Origin: a virus
Lineage: Duplodnaviria; Caudoviricetes
IMG/VR virus record: IMGVR_UViG_3300044655_001017
Direction: 5' to 3' (one strand)
Length of the DNA stretch: 64,000 nt
Part shown: piece by piece, positions 20,609 through 31,093 of the stretch
Layout: every line of letters starts with the position of its first letter
How positions within the stretch are numbered: position 1 is the stretch's first letter
Translations under genes and position numbers: made by a program
The notes under the pieces: generated by a model
The model's input: the letters and a program-made list of their open reading frames with translations, nothing else
Databases searched by the model: none
Told to the model about the DNA's origin: nothing

Positions 20609-20943
20609 AAAAAACAATTATAATTAGTTTTGTACTATCGATGGTATTATTAGCAACGTATGTAATGTACGATTATTATACTCCTATTACACAAATACAA
20701 TCAATTAATAACAGTAGTTTAGTAGATGAAGCAAAAGTTAGTGGTACTCGAGAGCCTGCAAATGTGTTAGAAGACGGGGCTACTCCGCCTAGCGATAATA
20801 ATAGAGTTGAAATTAAATTACCATTTATGATAGCCGAGGTAGCATTTAACGAGGATATTCCTTGGGAAACTGTTGCAAAGTTACTAACAATTTTACTTGG
20901 CACAGTGTTGGGTGTTAAACTTATTAACAAATATATTGATTAG
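20605..20943 (+). CDS. Hypothetical membrane protein (two TM segments)
   Basis: Hydrophobic N- and C-terminal helices. Confidence 0.7.
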   Translation: MKKTIIISFVLSMVLLATYVMYDYYTPITQIQSINNSSLVDEAKVSGTREPANVLEDGATPPSDNNRVEIKLPFMIAEVAFNEDIPWETVAKLLTILLGTVLGVKLINKYID

Positions 20944-20951
20944 GATATATA

Positions 20952-21143
20952 ATGGACAAAAAATTAGTAATATCAATGAGGCATAATTTAAAAGTTGAAT
21001 TACCACTTAAACACGATGTTAACACTAACGAATGGGTAATGCGTCTTCCAGAAGAAACATTAACTGACATAACTAAGTATCTTGAAAGTGCGTGGTATGC
21101 ACTAGACGAAAAAAGCACAATAAGGATTGTAAACAATGAATGA
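20952..21143 (+). CDS. Hypothetical protein
   Basis: ORF with AGGA SD. Confidence 0.65.
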   Translation: MDKKLVISMRHNLKVELPLKHDVNTNEWVMRLPEETLTDITKYLESAWYALDEKSTIRIVNNE

Positions 21144-21396
21144 ACTTGTAACAAGAGAAGTAACAAATGACGAATTGTTAGATGAAAGACTTAAAGAAAA
21201 ATTAAAATTTTGGGGTGTACCTGACAATTTTATAATTGAAGACGAAGCTAAAGGTCCTATACTTGCTGCATTATCTGAGGATGATGTATTAAGTGTTTAC
21301 ATTGATAAAGAAAATGGGTTATGCATAAACTACTCAGGTGACGGATTTGACGGATTCGACGGACATCATGATTTTATACCTAACGTATCGGTGTAG
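21136..21396 (+). CDS. Hypothetical acidic protein
   Basis: ORF in operon. Confidence 0.65.
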   Translation: MNELVTREVTNDELLDERLKEKLKFWGVPDNFIIEDEAKGPILAALSEDDVLSVYIDKENGLCINYSGDGFDGFDGHHDFIPNVSV

Positions 21397-21398
21397 CT

Positions 21399-22493
21399 AT
21401 GAGTGAAGAACAATATAATTTAGGTGAACACACTAACTACTTGTCTAGAAAGTTATTTCTAGACGGTACCGTTACAATTCAACGATTTGAAGAAGTACGG
21501 TATCCGCGTATTCAAAAATATGAAGCTACTGCTAGAGGTTTCTTTTGGACACCAGAAGAAATATCATTAAGTAAAGATGCTAACGATTTTAAAGATGCGA
21601 GTGATGCAGTTAAGCATATATTCACTAGTAACTTACTAAGACAAACTGCATTAGATAGTTTGCAAGGCCGCGGACCTACACAAGTGTTTACACCTGTAGT
21701 AAGTGTACCTGAAGCAGAACTGCTAATGCTTAACTGGGGCTTCTATGAGTCAAATATTCATAGTCGCAGTTATAGCCATATTATTCGTAATATCTATAAC
21801 ATTCCAAAAGAGATATTTAACACTATACATGATACTAAAGAAATTGTTGACATGGCAAGTAGTGTTGGCAAATACTACAATAGATTGCATAAACTTAACT
21901 GTCAAAAAGAACTTGGTATTGAAGTTCTTGAAAGAGACCACATTAAAGCTATTTGGCTTGCACTACACGCAAGTTATGCATTAGAAGCATTCCGATTTAT
22001 GGTATCATTTGCTACTAGTTTAGCAATGGTCGAAAACAGGCTGTTTATTGGTAACGGTAATATTATTGCATTAATTTTACAAGACGAGCTGTTACACAAA
22101 GAGTGGACTGCTTATATGATCAATTTGGTAATAAAAGATGATCCGCGTTTTACCGAAATTAAAGCAGAGTGCGAAGAAATAGTGTATAATATGTACTTAG
22201 ATGTGATTAGAGAAGAAAAAGAATGGGCAGATTACTTATTCTTAAAAGGTCCAGTAATTGGACTTAATGCTAACATCTTAAAAGAATTTGTTGACTATAC
22301 TGCAGTACACGCTTTAAAAGAAGTTGGTATTAAGTATCGCGAAACAGCTCCTAAATCAACACCTATACCGTGGTTTAACAAACATTCCGACCCGAGTAAA
22401 AAGCAAACTGCTTTACAAGAATCTGAAAGTGTTAACTACGTTATTGGCGTTATGAGTGACGAATTAGATTATGACGAATTACCAACATTGTAA
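21399..22493 (+). CDS. nrdB: Ribonucleotide reductase class Ia beta subunit
   Basis: FFWTPEEI, LDSLQGR, ESNIHSRSYSHI, LEAFRF, DELLH, IREEKEW, QESESVNY. Confidence 0.97.
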   Translation: MSEEQYNLGEHTNYLSRKLFLDGTVTIQRFEEVRYPRIQKYEATARGFFWTPEEISLSKDANDFKDASDAVKHIFTSNLLRQTALDSLQGRGPTQVFTPVVSVPEAELLMLNWGFYESNIHSRSYSHIIRNIYNIPKEIFNTIHDTKEIVDMASSVGKYYNRLHKLNCQKELGIEVLERDHIKAIWLALHASYALEAFRFMVSFATSLAMVENRLFIGNGNIIALILQDELLHKEWTAYMINLVIKDDPRFTEIKAECEEIVYNMYLDVIREEKEWADYLFLKGPVIGLNANILKEFVDYTAVHALKEVGIKYRETAPKSTPIPWFNKHSDPSKKQTALQESESVNYVIGVMSDELDYDELPTL

Positions 22494-22656
22494 CGACATT
22501 TGTGCATGCATGGGACCGCAGGGCGATGATCCTGTATGTCCATGCGAAATGCTTAGAGAAGGAAAACAACCATCATATGAATTATGGACTAAGACAGACG
22601 TAGAGGCTATGAACAATGCGGTCGGACAGATATTTAAAAAAATCTCGCAAGGGTAA
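22471..22656 (+). CDS. Small Cys-rich hypothetical protein
   Basis: CACMGPQGDDPVCPC motif; overlaps the nrdB end; start uncertain. Confidence 0.5.
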   Translation: MTNYQHCNDICACMGPQGDDPVCPCEMLREGKQPSYELWTKTDVEAMNNAVGQIFKKISQG

Positions 22657-22777
22657 CGGCGCTGCAGGAAATGCAAATCAAGCAATAGCACTAAATTCAC
22701 CAGCGAGAGTAAAAGCTATGATGGCCAATATAGCAAAAATTGATTGGTCAAACCCGTACAAGGATTTTATTAAATGA
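22616..22777 (+). CDS. Possible 53-aa hypothetical protein (MRSDRYLKKSRKG...)
   Basis: Read manually; fills the gap before glutaredoxin and ends in an ATGA overlap. Confidence 0.4.
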   Translation: MRSDRYLKKSRKGNGAAGNANQAIALNSPARVKAMMANIAKIDWSNPYKDFIK

Positions 22778-23016
22778 CAGCAATTATATGGTCAAAGGAC
22801 CAGTGCAGTTACTGTGTGCAAGCTAAGAGCTTGTTACAAATGAAAAACATCAACTTTGAAGAACGAAACATTTCAAATGGTGGATGGACTAAAGAACAAC
22901 TATTAGAAGAAGTACCAACAGCAAGAACACTACCACAGATTCAAATTGATGGCAATTACATTGGTGGTTTTTCAGAATTACAACAATACTTAAAGGCAAA
23001 TTATGATTATAGATAA
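22774..23016 (+). CDS. grx: Glutaredoxin
   Basis: CSYC active site, TLPQI, IGGFSEL; adjacent to nrdB. Confidence 0.93.
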   Translation: MTAIIWSKDQCSYCVQAKSLLQMKNINFEERNISNGGWTKEQLLEEVPTARTLPQIQIDGNYIGGFSELQQYLKANYDYR

Positions 23017-23293
23017 AGGCGTATCACCAGGCGAAGTAGTAACTCTTAAATTAACTTCAGGTGAAGAACTTATTGCATCGCTAGTTGAAGAAACAGAAAA
23101 ATACATTAAAGTTTCAAAACCACGTGTATTAACAGCAGCACAAGGCGGTATTGGAATGGCTCCTTACTTGTTTACAGTTGACCCAGATAAAACAATTAAA
23201 ATTGCAGCATCAACTGTAGTAGTATTAGAAGCAACCGAGAGAGAATCAGCTAAATCATATACAGAAGCGACTTCTAGTCTTATTGTATTATAA
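23003..23293 (+). CDS. Conserved phage hypothetical protein (small beta fold)
   Basis: GEVVTLKLTSGEELIA pattern. Confidence 0.7.
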   Translation: MIIDKGVSPGEVVTLKLTSGEELIASLVEETEKYIKVSKPRVLTAAQGGIGMAPYLFTVDPDKTIKIAASTVVVLEATERESAKSYTEATSSLIVL

Positions 23294-23300
23294 ATACAGT

Positions 23301-23807
23301 ATGAGCATATCTCCTAATAATTTTGAGTTTGTATACGACGGGTTTGATTTTTCAGTGTTTGCTACGTGTGGAGAGAACGAAGTTGTACTTTCTGCAGAGA
23401 CTTCATTACCAAATATTGGTGTTAGTTTATCATGGTCAGGTCGCACGTTTACTGTATCAGGAACGTTTTATAAAGTATTTGCAGAATCTACATGGTCATA
23501 CATACCTGTTGGAAGTACTAGTACTACTTCAGTAACTACAAATAACATTGGAACTATAACGGAAGTACCGTCAACTATCTCAGCATTAATTAGTGGAACA
23601 CATGATCCTAGAATTGAAATACCAATTACATATACAGTTAGTACAAAGAAAACTATAACAATTGATGTTCCTGGTACAGAAGAAAGTCCTGGATACTCAT
23701 ATGATGAATACGAGTACCATACACACGTAATTGATCATAAAGTATGTAATCATTGGGATGTATTTAAAAACCAATTAACAGATGTTGTATCAAGAGGAAC
23801 ATTATAA
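23301..23807 (+). CDS. Late hypothetical protein (baseplate-region neighbour)
   Basis: TATAAATA at 23289-23296 directly upstream of ATG 23301. Confidence 0.65.
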   Translation: MSISPNNFEFVYDGFDFSVFATCGENEVVLSAETSLPNIGVSLSWSGRTFTVSGTFYKVFAESTWSYIPVGSTSTTSVTTNNIGTITEVPSTISALISGTHDPRIEIPITYTVSTKKTITIDVPGTEESPGYSYDEYEYHTHVIDHKVCNHWDVFKNQLTDVVSRGTL

Positions 23808-24097
23808 TGCCACCAGTATCAAGATTAGGTGATAAATGTACAGGACACGCTGGCTGGCCTGCAAGACCAAACGACGAAGCCAGTCCTGATGTATTTGCAA
23901 ATAATATCAAAGTGCATCGGCAAGGTGATCATTGGATAATACACTGTGATCCATCTCCGTCATGTCATGATTCAACATTAGCTGCAGGTAGCGGAACTGT
24001 ATTTGTAAATAATAAACAGTGTAGTAGGATAGGAGATCCAGTAGCATGCGGATCTAAAATTGCACAAGGCAGCGGAAACGTATTTGCAGGTGGATAA
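23807..24097 (+). CDS. PAAR-like / T4 gp5.4-type tail spike tip protein
   Basis: PVSRLGDKCTGH, VHRQGDHW, CHDS..AAGSGTVFVN, RIGDPVACGSKIAQGSGNVFAGG. Confidence 0.9.
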   Translation: MPPVSRLGDKCTGHAGWPARPNDEASPDVFANNIKVHRQGDHWIIHCDPSPSCHDSTLAAGSGTVFVNNKQCSRIGDPVACGSKIAQGSGNVFAGG

Positions 24098-24112
24098 AAG
24101 GAGGTAATAGAT

Positions 24113-24187
24113 ATGAAATGGGAAACACCAACATATGTTGATTTACGTTTTGGCTTTGAAGTCACTATGTATATTTACAATCGTTAA
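24113..24187 (+). CDS. pqqA: Pyrroloquinoline quinone (PQQ) precursor peptide PqqA, 24 aa MKWETPTYVDLRFGFEVTMYIYNR
   Basis: Read manually; W-x-x-P...DLRFGFEVTMY pattern with the E-x-x-x-Y core; AAGGAGGT SD at 24098-24105; terminator directly after. Confidence 0.93.
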   Translation: MKWETPTYVDLRFGFEVTMYIYNR

Positions 24188-24213
24188 GAAAAGGGCTTTT
24201 TAGCCCTTTTCTT
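24188..24213. terminator. Bidirectional intrinsic terminator
   Basis: gaaaagggct-tttt-agcccttttctt between convergent genes. Confidence 0.85.
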
Positions 24214-24224
24214 ATGAGTACGTA

Positions 24225-25097
24225 TTAGTACATTGATTCCATTTGAATGCCACGTTTACTTAACTCAGCACCTAATGCTTGTAATTGGTTATCACCGGCT
24301 CTAGCAATAGCAGTTCTAACTTCATGTGCAATTTTTGGATCAAGTTGAGAAAGTACATGTTGTATAATACCTTGTACCTGCAAGTTTTGTTGACCTCTGT
24401 TATCTTCCGGTTTAGGTTCAGGTTTTTTAACTAAATCACTATTTCTATGATAGTCTTTTTTCTGTGTAGAAATATATGCATCACCTTGTTTTTTTAATTT
24501 AATGCCGGTTGACATATCTTTACTATAATTAGTTGCGTTGGATTTTTTAGTTGCCCATTGTCTAATGTAACGCGCTAATGAAGATCCTGCATTTTGCAAA
24601 TCCATATCTTCAATAAGTTTACCAAGTTGAATCATAACACTTGGTAATTTTTCATCAATTGCATCCATTAGTTTACCGTATGTTTGCTTTTCTTTTTGAC
24701 GTACTGCAGCGTCCATGTTTACTGGTAAATTTGCTAACTCGTGCAAGCCGTCAATACGTTTAAATTGAGGTACTTGCGATAATGCAATAAGTGGTGACTT
24801 TAAACCAACTACTGCCTTTTCTGATCCTCGGCCTAAGCTACGCGTTCCAACTGACATATAGTTTTCAGTAAACCATTTTGATCTAACTGATGCTAGTCTA
24901 AGAGTAGCAGCTGCAATATGTTTTTCTACAAGTGCTACTTCCATTTCATTTGATGGATCTTCAACATTTAAATCATATTCAGATAAAATGTCAGGTAACG
25001 TAATGCTATATAACGTAGATAAGCTTCTTGCTTTTCTAATCAATTCGTCTGTAAGATCTGAAGCACTTCTAGCTTCCATTAATTCTTGTATTCTCAT
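24225..25097 (-). CDS. Late hypothetical protein (MRIQELMEA)
   Basis: 290-aa ORF, AAGGA SD, TAAATA on minus strand near 25126-25131. Confidence 0.75.
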   Translation of the reverse strand: MRIQELMEARSASDLTDELIRKARSLSTLYSITLPDILSEYDLNVEDPSNEMEVALVEKHIAAATLRLASVRSKWFTENYMSVGTRSLGRGSEKAVVGLKSPLIALSQVPQFKRIDGLHELANLPVNMDAAVRQKEKQTYGKLMDAIDEKLPSVMIQLGKLIEDMDLQNAGSSLARYIRQWATKKSNATNYSKDMSTGIKLKKQGDAYISTQKKDYHRNSDLVKKPEPKPEDNRGQQNLQVQGIIQHVLSQLDPKIAHEVRTAIARAGDNQLQALGAELSKRGIQMESMY

Positions 25098-25142
25098 GGA
25101 TAATCCTTTTTGTAATAATATAGTGTATTTAGCAGTTTTTAG

Positions 25143-25170
25143 TTGACTTTTAACAATATTACTGTATAAT
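25143..25170 (+). promoter_or_regulatory. sigma70-like promoter
   Basis: TTGACT-N16-TATAAT. Confidence 0.55.
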
Positions 25171-25246
25171 GTGTTAATAGTATACGTTATCTATGCAAAA
25201 ATCCATATTTTAAATGGGATTTTGTAGTTCTGTACTATATATTATA

Positions 25247-25423
25247 TGTTTCGAGAGAAACTGAGATAGTTGGATTGAGAGATGTAATCAATCCTGCGAG
25301 TCTTGGCCAAATTAGAAACCCGCGAAATTCGGGAAGCCAGGCTTGCCAAAGGTGCAACATGCAGTTTATGTTGTGGCTGATGGAGAAGACGTCACGAACA
25401 AAATGGGTTCAAAGAACCTCGTG
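25247..25423 (+). ncRNA. Candidate structured RNA / 5' leader upstream of rlpA
   Basis: Stems gtttc-GAGA-gaaac, ggattga/tcaatcc, gtctt/aagac enclosing tggc/gcca, cccg/cggg and gcaacat/atgttgt, plus cacga/tcgtg enclosing ggttc/gaacc; higher GC than the flanks and no ORF. Confidence 0.55.
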
Positions 25424-25485
25424 CAGTTTACTCCCTTAATGTAATGTGCAGTTATTTTAATGCACACCAAGTGAAAGGAGAAAAA

Positions 25486-25992
25486 ATGAAAAATTCACTA
25501 ATAACAGGGCTTCTTGCCCTTTCAATAATTACCACCGTAGCTCCAGTAAATGCAGCTACTAAACATTCAACTGACAATCATTCAATACAACACAGTATAC
25601 ATAAAAAAACTAAACACCTGCATTATAAGCATAGACTTAGATCAGCACATACATCTAACGAAATGCAAGGTATAGCTAGTTGGTATGGTTACGAGTCCGG
25701 CCCGAGATATCGTCGCAGACCTAAAACTGCAAACGGAGAATATTTTAGTCCAAAAGAACTAACTGCAGCACATAAGTTTTTACCATTTGGAACTATAGTT
25801 GAAGTAACTAATTTAGCTAATAACCAAACAGTATTAGTTAGAATAAATGATAGAGGTCCCTTTTCTAAAGGTAGAATTATTGATTTATCAAAGGCTGCTG
25901 CAAAAGCAATTGGAATATCTGGAGTTCAAAAAGTATCTTTAGCTATCAAGTCCTTCTCTGATAAATACAAGGCAAAACTAATTACCACATAG
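25486..25992 (+). CDS. rlpA: RlpA-like lytic transglycosylase (DPBB) with signal peptide
   Basis: [57 protein letters not shown] before ATG 25486. Confidence 0.9.
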   Translation: MKNSLITGLLALSIITTVAPVNAATKHSTDNHSIQHSIHKKTKHLHYKHRLRSAHTSNEMQGIASWYGYESGPRYRRRPKTANGEYFSPKELTAAHKFLPFGTIVEVTNLANNQTVLVRINDRGPFSKGRIIDLSKAAAKAIGISGVQKVSLAIKSFSDKYKAKLITT

Positions 25993-26000
25993 AAGGTCAC

Positions 26001-26411
26001 ATGAATCCATTAGGAAAAATTACGGTTATTACACCTCCGGATAAATTTTTTAATTTAGATGTTGGTTATTTGTTAGTAAAACCATCAACGCACGTATTAG
26101 AACAATTTCATGCAATTATTGGTGAAAGTGATGAAGATATTAATATTTTCATATATGATACCGATGAAGCAGACATTGATTGGTTACTAAGTGTTACACA
26201 CCAAGTAGCAGTAGTAATTATTGATGTTGATAATTGTGATCCGATTACTAAATCTTTTGTCACATTTATGCTTACCCATCCTAATGCATACTATATAACT
26301 AACGACGAACTAACACCTTACCATCTAATCTCTAAAAATAGAATATATGATTTAGATTGGATTGTAGAACAAATTAACAATGAGGAAGATGATGATAACA
26401 ATGCAGAATAG
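26001..26411 (+). CDS. Hypothetical phage protein
   Basis: ORF with AAGG SD. Confidence 0.75.
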   Translation: MNPLGKITVITPPDKFFNLDVGYLLVKPSTHVLEQFHAIIGESDEDINIFIYDTDEADIDWLLSVTHQVAVVIIDVDNCDPITKSFVTFMLTHPNAYYITNDELTPYHLISKNRIYDLDWIVEQINNEEDDDNNAE

Positions 26412-26637
26412 AGTTAAAGTAACAATGCGCGAAAATGAAAACATTACACAATCGTTAAGACGATTTAAGCGCAAAGTTGAAGACTCTGGAAAATTAGAAA
26501 CGTTACGTAAAAAAGAGTTTTACGAAAAACCAACTACGAAACGTAAACGAGAAGCAGGTGCAGCAAAGGCACGGTATCGTAAAAAACTGCAAAAAGAAGC
26601 AAACCCAGTAGCTGTAAATCGCAAACGTATGTACTAA
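26401..26637 (+). CDS. rpsU: Ribosomal protein bS21
   Basis: ENENITQSLRRFKRKV...LRKKEFYEKPTTKRKR...AKARYRKK. Confidence 0.92.
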   Translation: MQNRVKVTMRENENITQSLRRFKRKVEDSGKLETLRKKEFYEKPTTKRKREAGAAKARYRKKLQKEANPVAVNRKRMY

Positions 26638-26686
26638 TCAAACAAACTTCTGATTAATCTTTTGTTTAGCATACAATAAATACAGT

Positions 26687-27988
<1,302 letters not shown>

Positions 27989-28044
27989 CAACTAAATACA
28001 CATATCGGAATGACATATCATTCTATTATTTAGGAGAATAACAA

Positions 28045-31032
28045 ATGGCAGTACTTAACGAACTCGGTAGAAACAGTGCCGCAATTACATACGGAGCGGT
28101 AACAACCGGTGCGGATTTATGGCCTACCTTTGCAACAGTTGATAAATGGTTACGTAACGACACACTACAAGGAACCGCAACTGCATCAGATGTAACTGTA
28201 ACAGGCGTAGGATCATTGTTTATTACACAACTTCGTGTAAACGATATTATCATGCTTGCAGGCCAAAAACGCACAGTAGCATCAATTATTTCAGATTCAA
28301 GTTTTACAGTAACAGTTGCTTTTAGTCCATCAATTACACTAGCATCGTCTATTAAAATTTTAAATCCAAGTAATTTAGGAACACAACTACTTGGAACGGT
28401 TAGCAACACAATCGCAGGATATCCTAATATTACTACTGGTAAAGTTTCAGTAGTTACAGGTTCGGCTACAGTAACAGGAGTTGGAACTTATTTCTTAAGC
28501 GAATGTACAAATGCAGTTGATGCAGTTTCTATAACCGGTACTGTTGCAATTGGTACTAACGGCACAATTACAGGAACTGGAACTTCATTCTTAACTACGT
28601 TGCAACCTGGTGATAGCTTAACAATTAACGATACTGCATATTTTACAGTAGCAACAGTTAGTGACGATCTTACTGCAACTGTAAGAGTTGCTCCGGGATC
28701 TGCAATTTCTGCAGGTGCTACAATTAAAAAAGCAACTAACGGCGTTGCAGGTAGATCTATCGCAATTAACGGACGGTTAAGAGTTATTTCTGCAATTATA
28801 AGTAATACCGAATTAACTGTAACTGCTACTACACCATTTGATTTTACAGATAGTAATTTACAGTACAAAATGACACCTCGTGGTACTATTAGTACAACTA
28901 GCAATCTTTCTGCAATTACAGGTGTTAATACAAACTTTTATTGGGACTTACCAAGTGGCACAAGTCAAGTTTGGGTTGGCGATGAATTACGTTCGTTTTC
29001 GTTTACTACACCAATTGCAGGTACTTTAGCAGATCCAACAGGTTTTACTGGAACTAGTACACAAGGAAAATATCCGGTAACACTAACCGGTTTAAAATTT
29101 AAAGTTGAAGATGCAATCTTAACATATACTCCTGGTGCATCTATTTTATCAAACGAATTAAGAGTAGGAGACGATCTTATTGTTAATGGATTTGAAGTAA
29201 CTGTTACTAAGATCATTAACGAAACATCTTTTAAAGTTACTCACGATTTACCGTTAGCATCAGCTGCAACTGTATATAAAAAGAAAAAAATGCACGGTTA
29301 TGTATTAGAAGGAACTAGAGAAGGTACTTCTAGTGTTGCTACGCAGTCTAAATATTCTTCAGCAGGGCTTGGCTATGTTAATGCAACTAGTGTAGCCGGT
29401 TCAAACACAATTACAATTAACGCAGCAGGTGTAAGTCATGTTGCTGGAAACTTTATAAAAATACAAAACGGCGGTGGCTCTCCGATCTTATTATCAGGTA
29501 CGGTTACAGCTTCGGCAAATACAATTACAGGAACCGGTACTGCATTTACTACACAATTGCATGTAGGTGCTGAGATTTACTTTGGCGGTGTTTATTGTTA
29601 TGTAGCGACTATTTCAAGTGATACATCAATGACTGTTACGCCATGGTCTGGCACTATTACTAATGCAACTGCAGCATCAATTTATAGAACAACGCCATTG
29701 TACACATATATTACTTCAGTAGTAAGTACTACAATCACATTGTATCACCCATTAGAAAATACAATATATGCAAACAGTACGTTTGGCCCTGGTATTATGT
29801 CTCCTGCTTACATTGCCGGTGATTACATTGAGTTTGTTTATTCAAGTTTAAATAAAACCGCAGAAACAACACTTGCATTAGTTAACACAAGTTTAGATCG
29901 TAAATATTTCGGATTTAGATATTACCCGATTGCAGGTACTACTGTAACAGTTTCAGGTTCAAATGCTGCTTACAACTTAGTAGTGTATGAAAGATGGGCA
30001 GCTAGTTGGGCACAAAGCGGTGGTGTTGGTTTAAACAAAGCTGATTGCAGCGATCGAGTAACTGCATTAAACGGTGTTACAGATCAAACTGTAATGACAC
30101 AACAAACCGGTGGGTTCTTATACTTGTTTGCTAAATCACGCTATTTCTTAATCCAAGGTAAATCATTCTCAAATGCACAAACTCAATGGTTAGGATGTGT
30201 TGAATTTGAACGTGTTCAACCTGAAGATACAGGAGCAGGAGCAGGTACAGCTACACCAACAGGTGGTGCAGTAGGAGCAGGATACACATATTACGGTGCA
30301 ATGACAGCTGACGGATATACAATTACTCCTCAAGTTAGTCCATGGCCTTGCTTTGCGTATTTTAATTCTAACAGATTCCCAGTAGGTGCTACACAAGCTC
30401 CAACACTACCTATTCCAAATAGTAATGGTGTACATGGTTGTGTATTTGCTGTTCCAAGAATTAGATCAAGTGTTGCTGACTTAGTTGGGCTAAATGCTCA
30501 CGTATACAGTGCTGCTACAATTACAACTGGTCGTTGGGGACATTTATACGAAATGGGTGCAGGTGGTGCGTATAACAGTCCCGGAACAGTAACTGGTAAC
30601 CAGCTTACTACATCAATAGGTACTATTCCTCAACCACACTTAGGTAACTTAGTACCAGTTAACACTAACATTTATAATAGTAAAAGATTTATGTTTAGTC
30701 CTGTAGTAGTGTTAGGTACTGCATGGGATCCTGATATCCGCGGTAGAATTTACGGATTAAAAGTTATTCCAAGTGGGTTAGGTACATTAATGGATACAGT
30801 TAGTGTTACTATTGAAGCAGCTGATGATTTTTATAGCGCATCAGGTACTGCTACTGATCACTGGGTAATTACATCTCCAGGTGTTAATACATATCATTGG
30901 AGTGTATTTACAGTAACTACAAACGCAACAAGCGGTTATAGAAGTTTAGAAGATAACACAGGAACTACTACTGCATCATCATGGAATGCTGTATTATATC
31001 CAAATAACTTTAGATTTGCTATTCCAGCATAA
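28045..31032 (+). CDS. Putative tail fibre/virion protein with repeated TVTGxGTxF beta modules
   Basis: 995 aa, Thr/Gly-rich, repeated GTGTxF..LxVGD..I.I.G units; TAAATA at 27993. Confidence 0.7.
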   Translation: MAVLNELGRNSAAITYGAVTTGADLWPTFATVDKWLRNDTLQGTATASDVTVTGVGSLFITQLRVNDIIMLAGQKRTVASIISDSSFTVTVAFSPSITLASSIKILNPSNLGTQLLGTVSNTIAGYPNITTGKVSVVTGSATVTGVGTYFLSECTNAVDAVSITGTVAIGTNGTITGTGTSFLTTLQPGDSLTINDTAYFTVATVSDDLTATVRVAPGSAISAGATIKKATNGVAGRSIAINGRLRVISAIISNTELTVTATTPFDFTDSNLQYKMTPRGTISTTSNLSAITGVNTNFYWDLPSGTSQVWVGDELRSFSFTTPIAGTLADPTGFTGTSTQGKYPVTLTGLKFKVEDAILTYTPGASILSNELRVGDDLIVNGFEVTVTKIINETSFKVTHDLPLASAATVYKKKKMHGYVLEGTREGTSSVATQSKYSSAGLGYVNATSVAGSNTITINAAGVSHVAGNFIKIQNGGGSPILLSGTVTASANTITGTGTAFTTQLHVGAEIYFGGVYCYVATISSDTSMTVTPWSGTITNATAASIYRTTPLYTYITSVVSTTITLYHPLENTIYANSTFGPGIMSPAYIAGDYIEFVYSSLNKTAETTLALVNTSLDRKYFGFRYYPIAGTTVTVSGSNAAYNLVVYERWAASWAQSGGVGLNKADCSDRVTALNGVTDQTVMTQQTGGFLYLFAKSRYFLIQGKSFSNAQTQWLGCVEFERVQPEDTGAGAGTATPTGGAVGAGYTYYGAMTADGYTITPQVSPWPCFAYFNSNRFPVGATQAPTLPIPNSNGVHGCVFAVPRIRSSVADLVGLNAHVYSAATITTGRWGHLYEMGAGGAYNSPGTVTGNQLTTSIGTIPQPHLGNLVPVNTNIYNSKRFMFSPVVVLGTAWDPDIRGRIYGLKVIPSGLGTLMDTVSVTIEAADDFYSASGTATDHWVITSPGVNTYHWSVFTVTTNATSGYRSLEDNTGTTTASSWNAVLYPNNFRFAIPA

Positions 31033-31048
31033 ACTATTGTAACTCATT

Positions 31049-31080
31049 AAAAAGCTACGTTTTTACGTAGCTTTTTTTTT
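31049..31080 (+). terminator. Intrinsic terminator
   Basis: aaaaagctacgt-tttt-acgtagc followed by a T-run. Confidence 0.9.
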
Positions 31081-31093
31081 GATAAATATTTTT

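Noticed and set aside
25300-25390. Match to cobalamin or c-di-GMP-I riboswitch (AAGCCAG, GAAA-capped stem)
   Set aside because: Only short fragments resemble them and the conserved cores are missing; kept as an unassigned RNA candidate.
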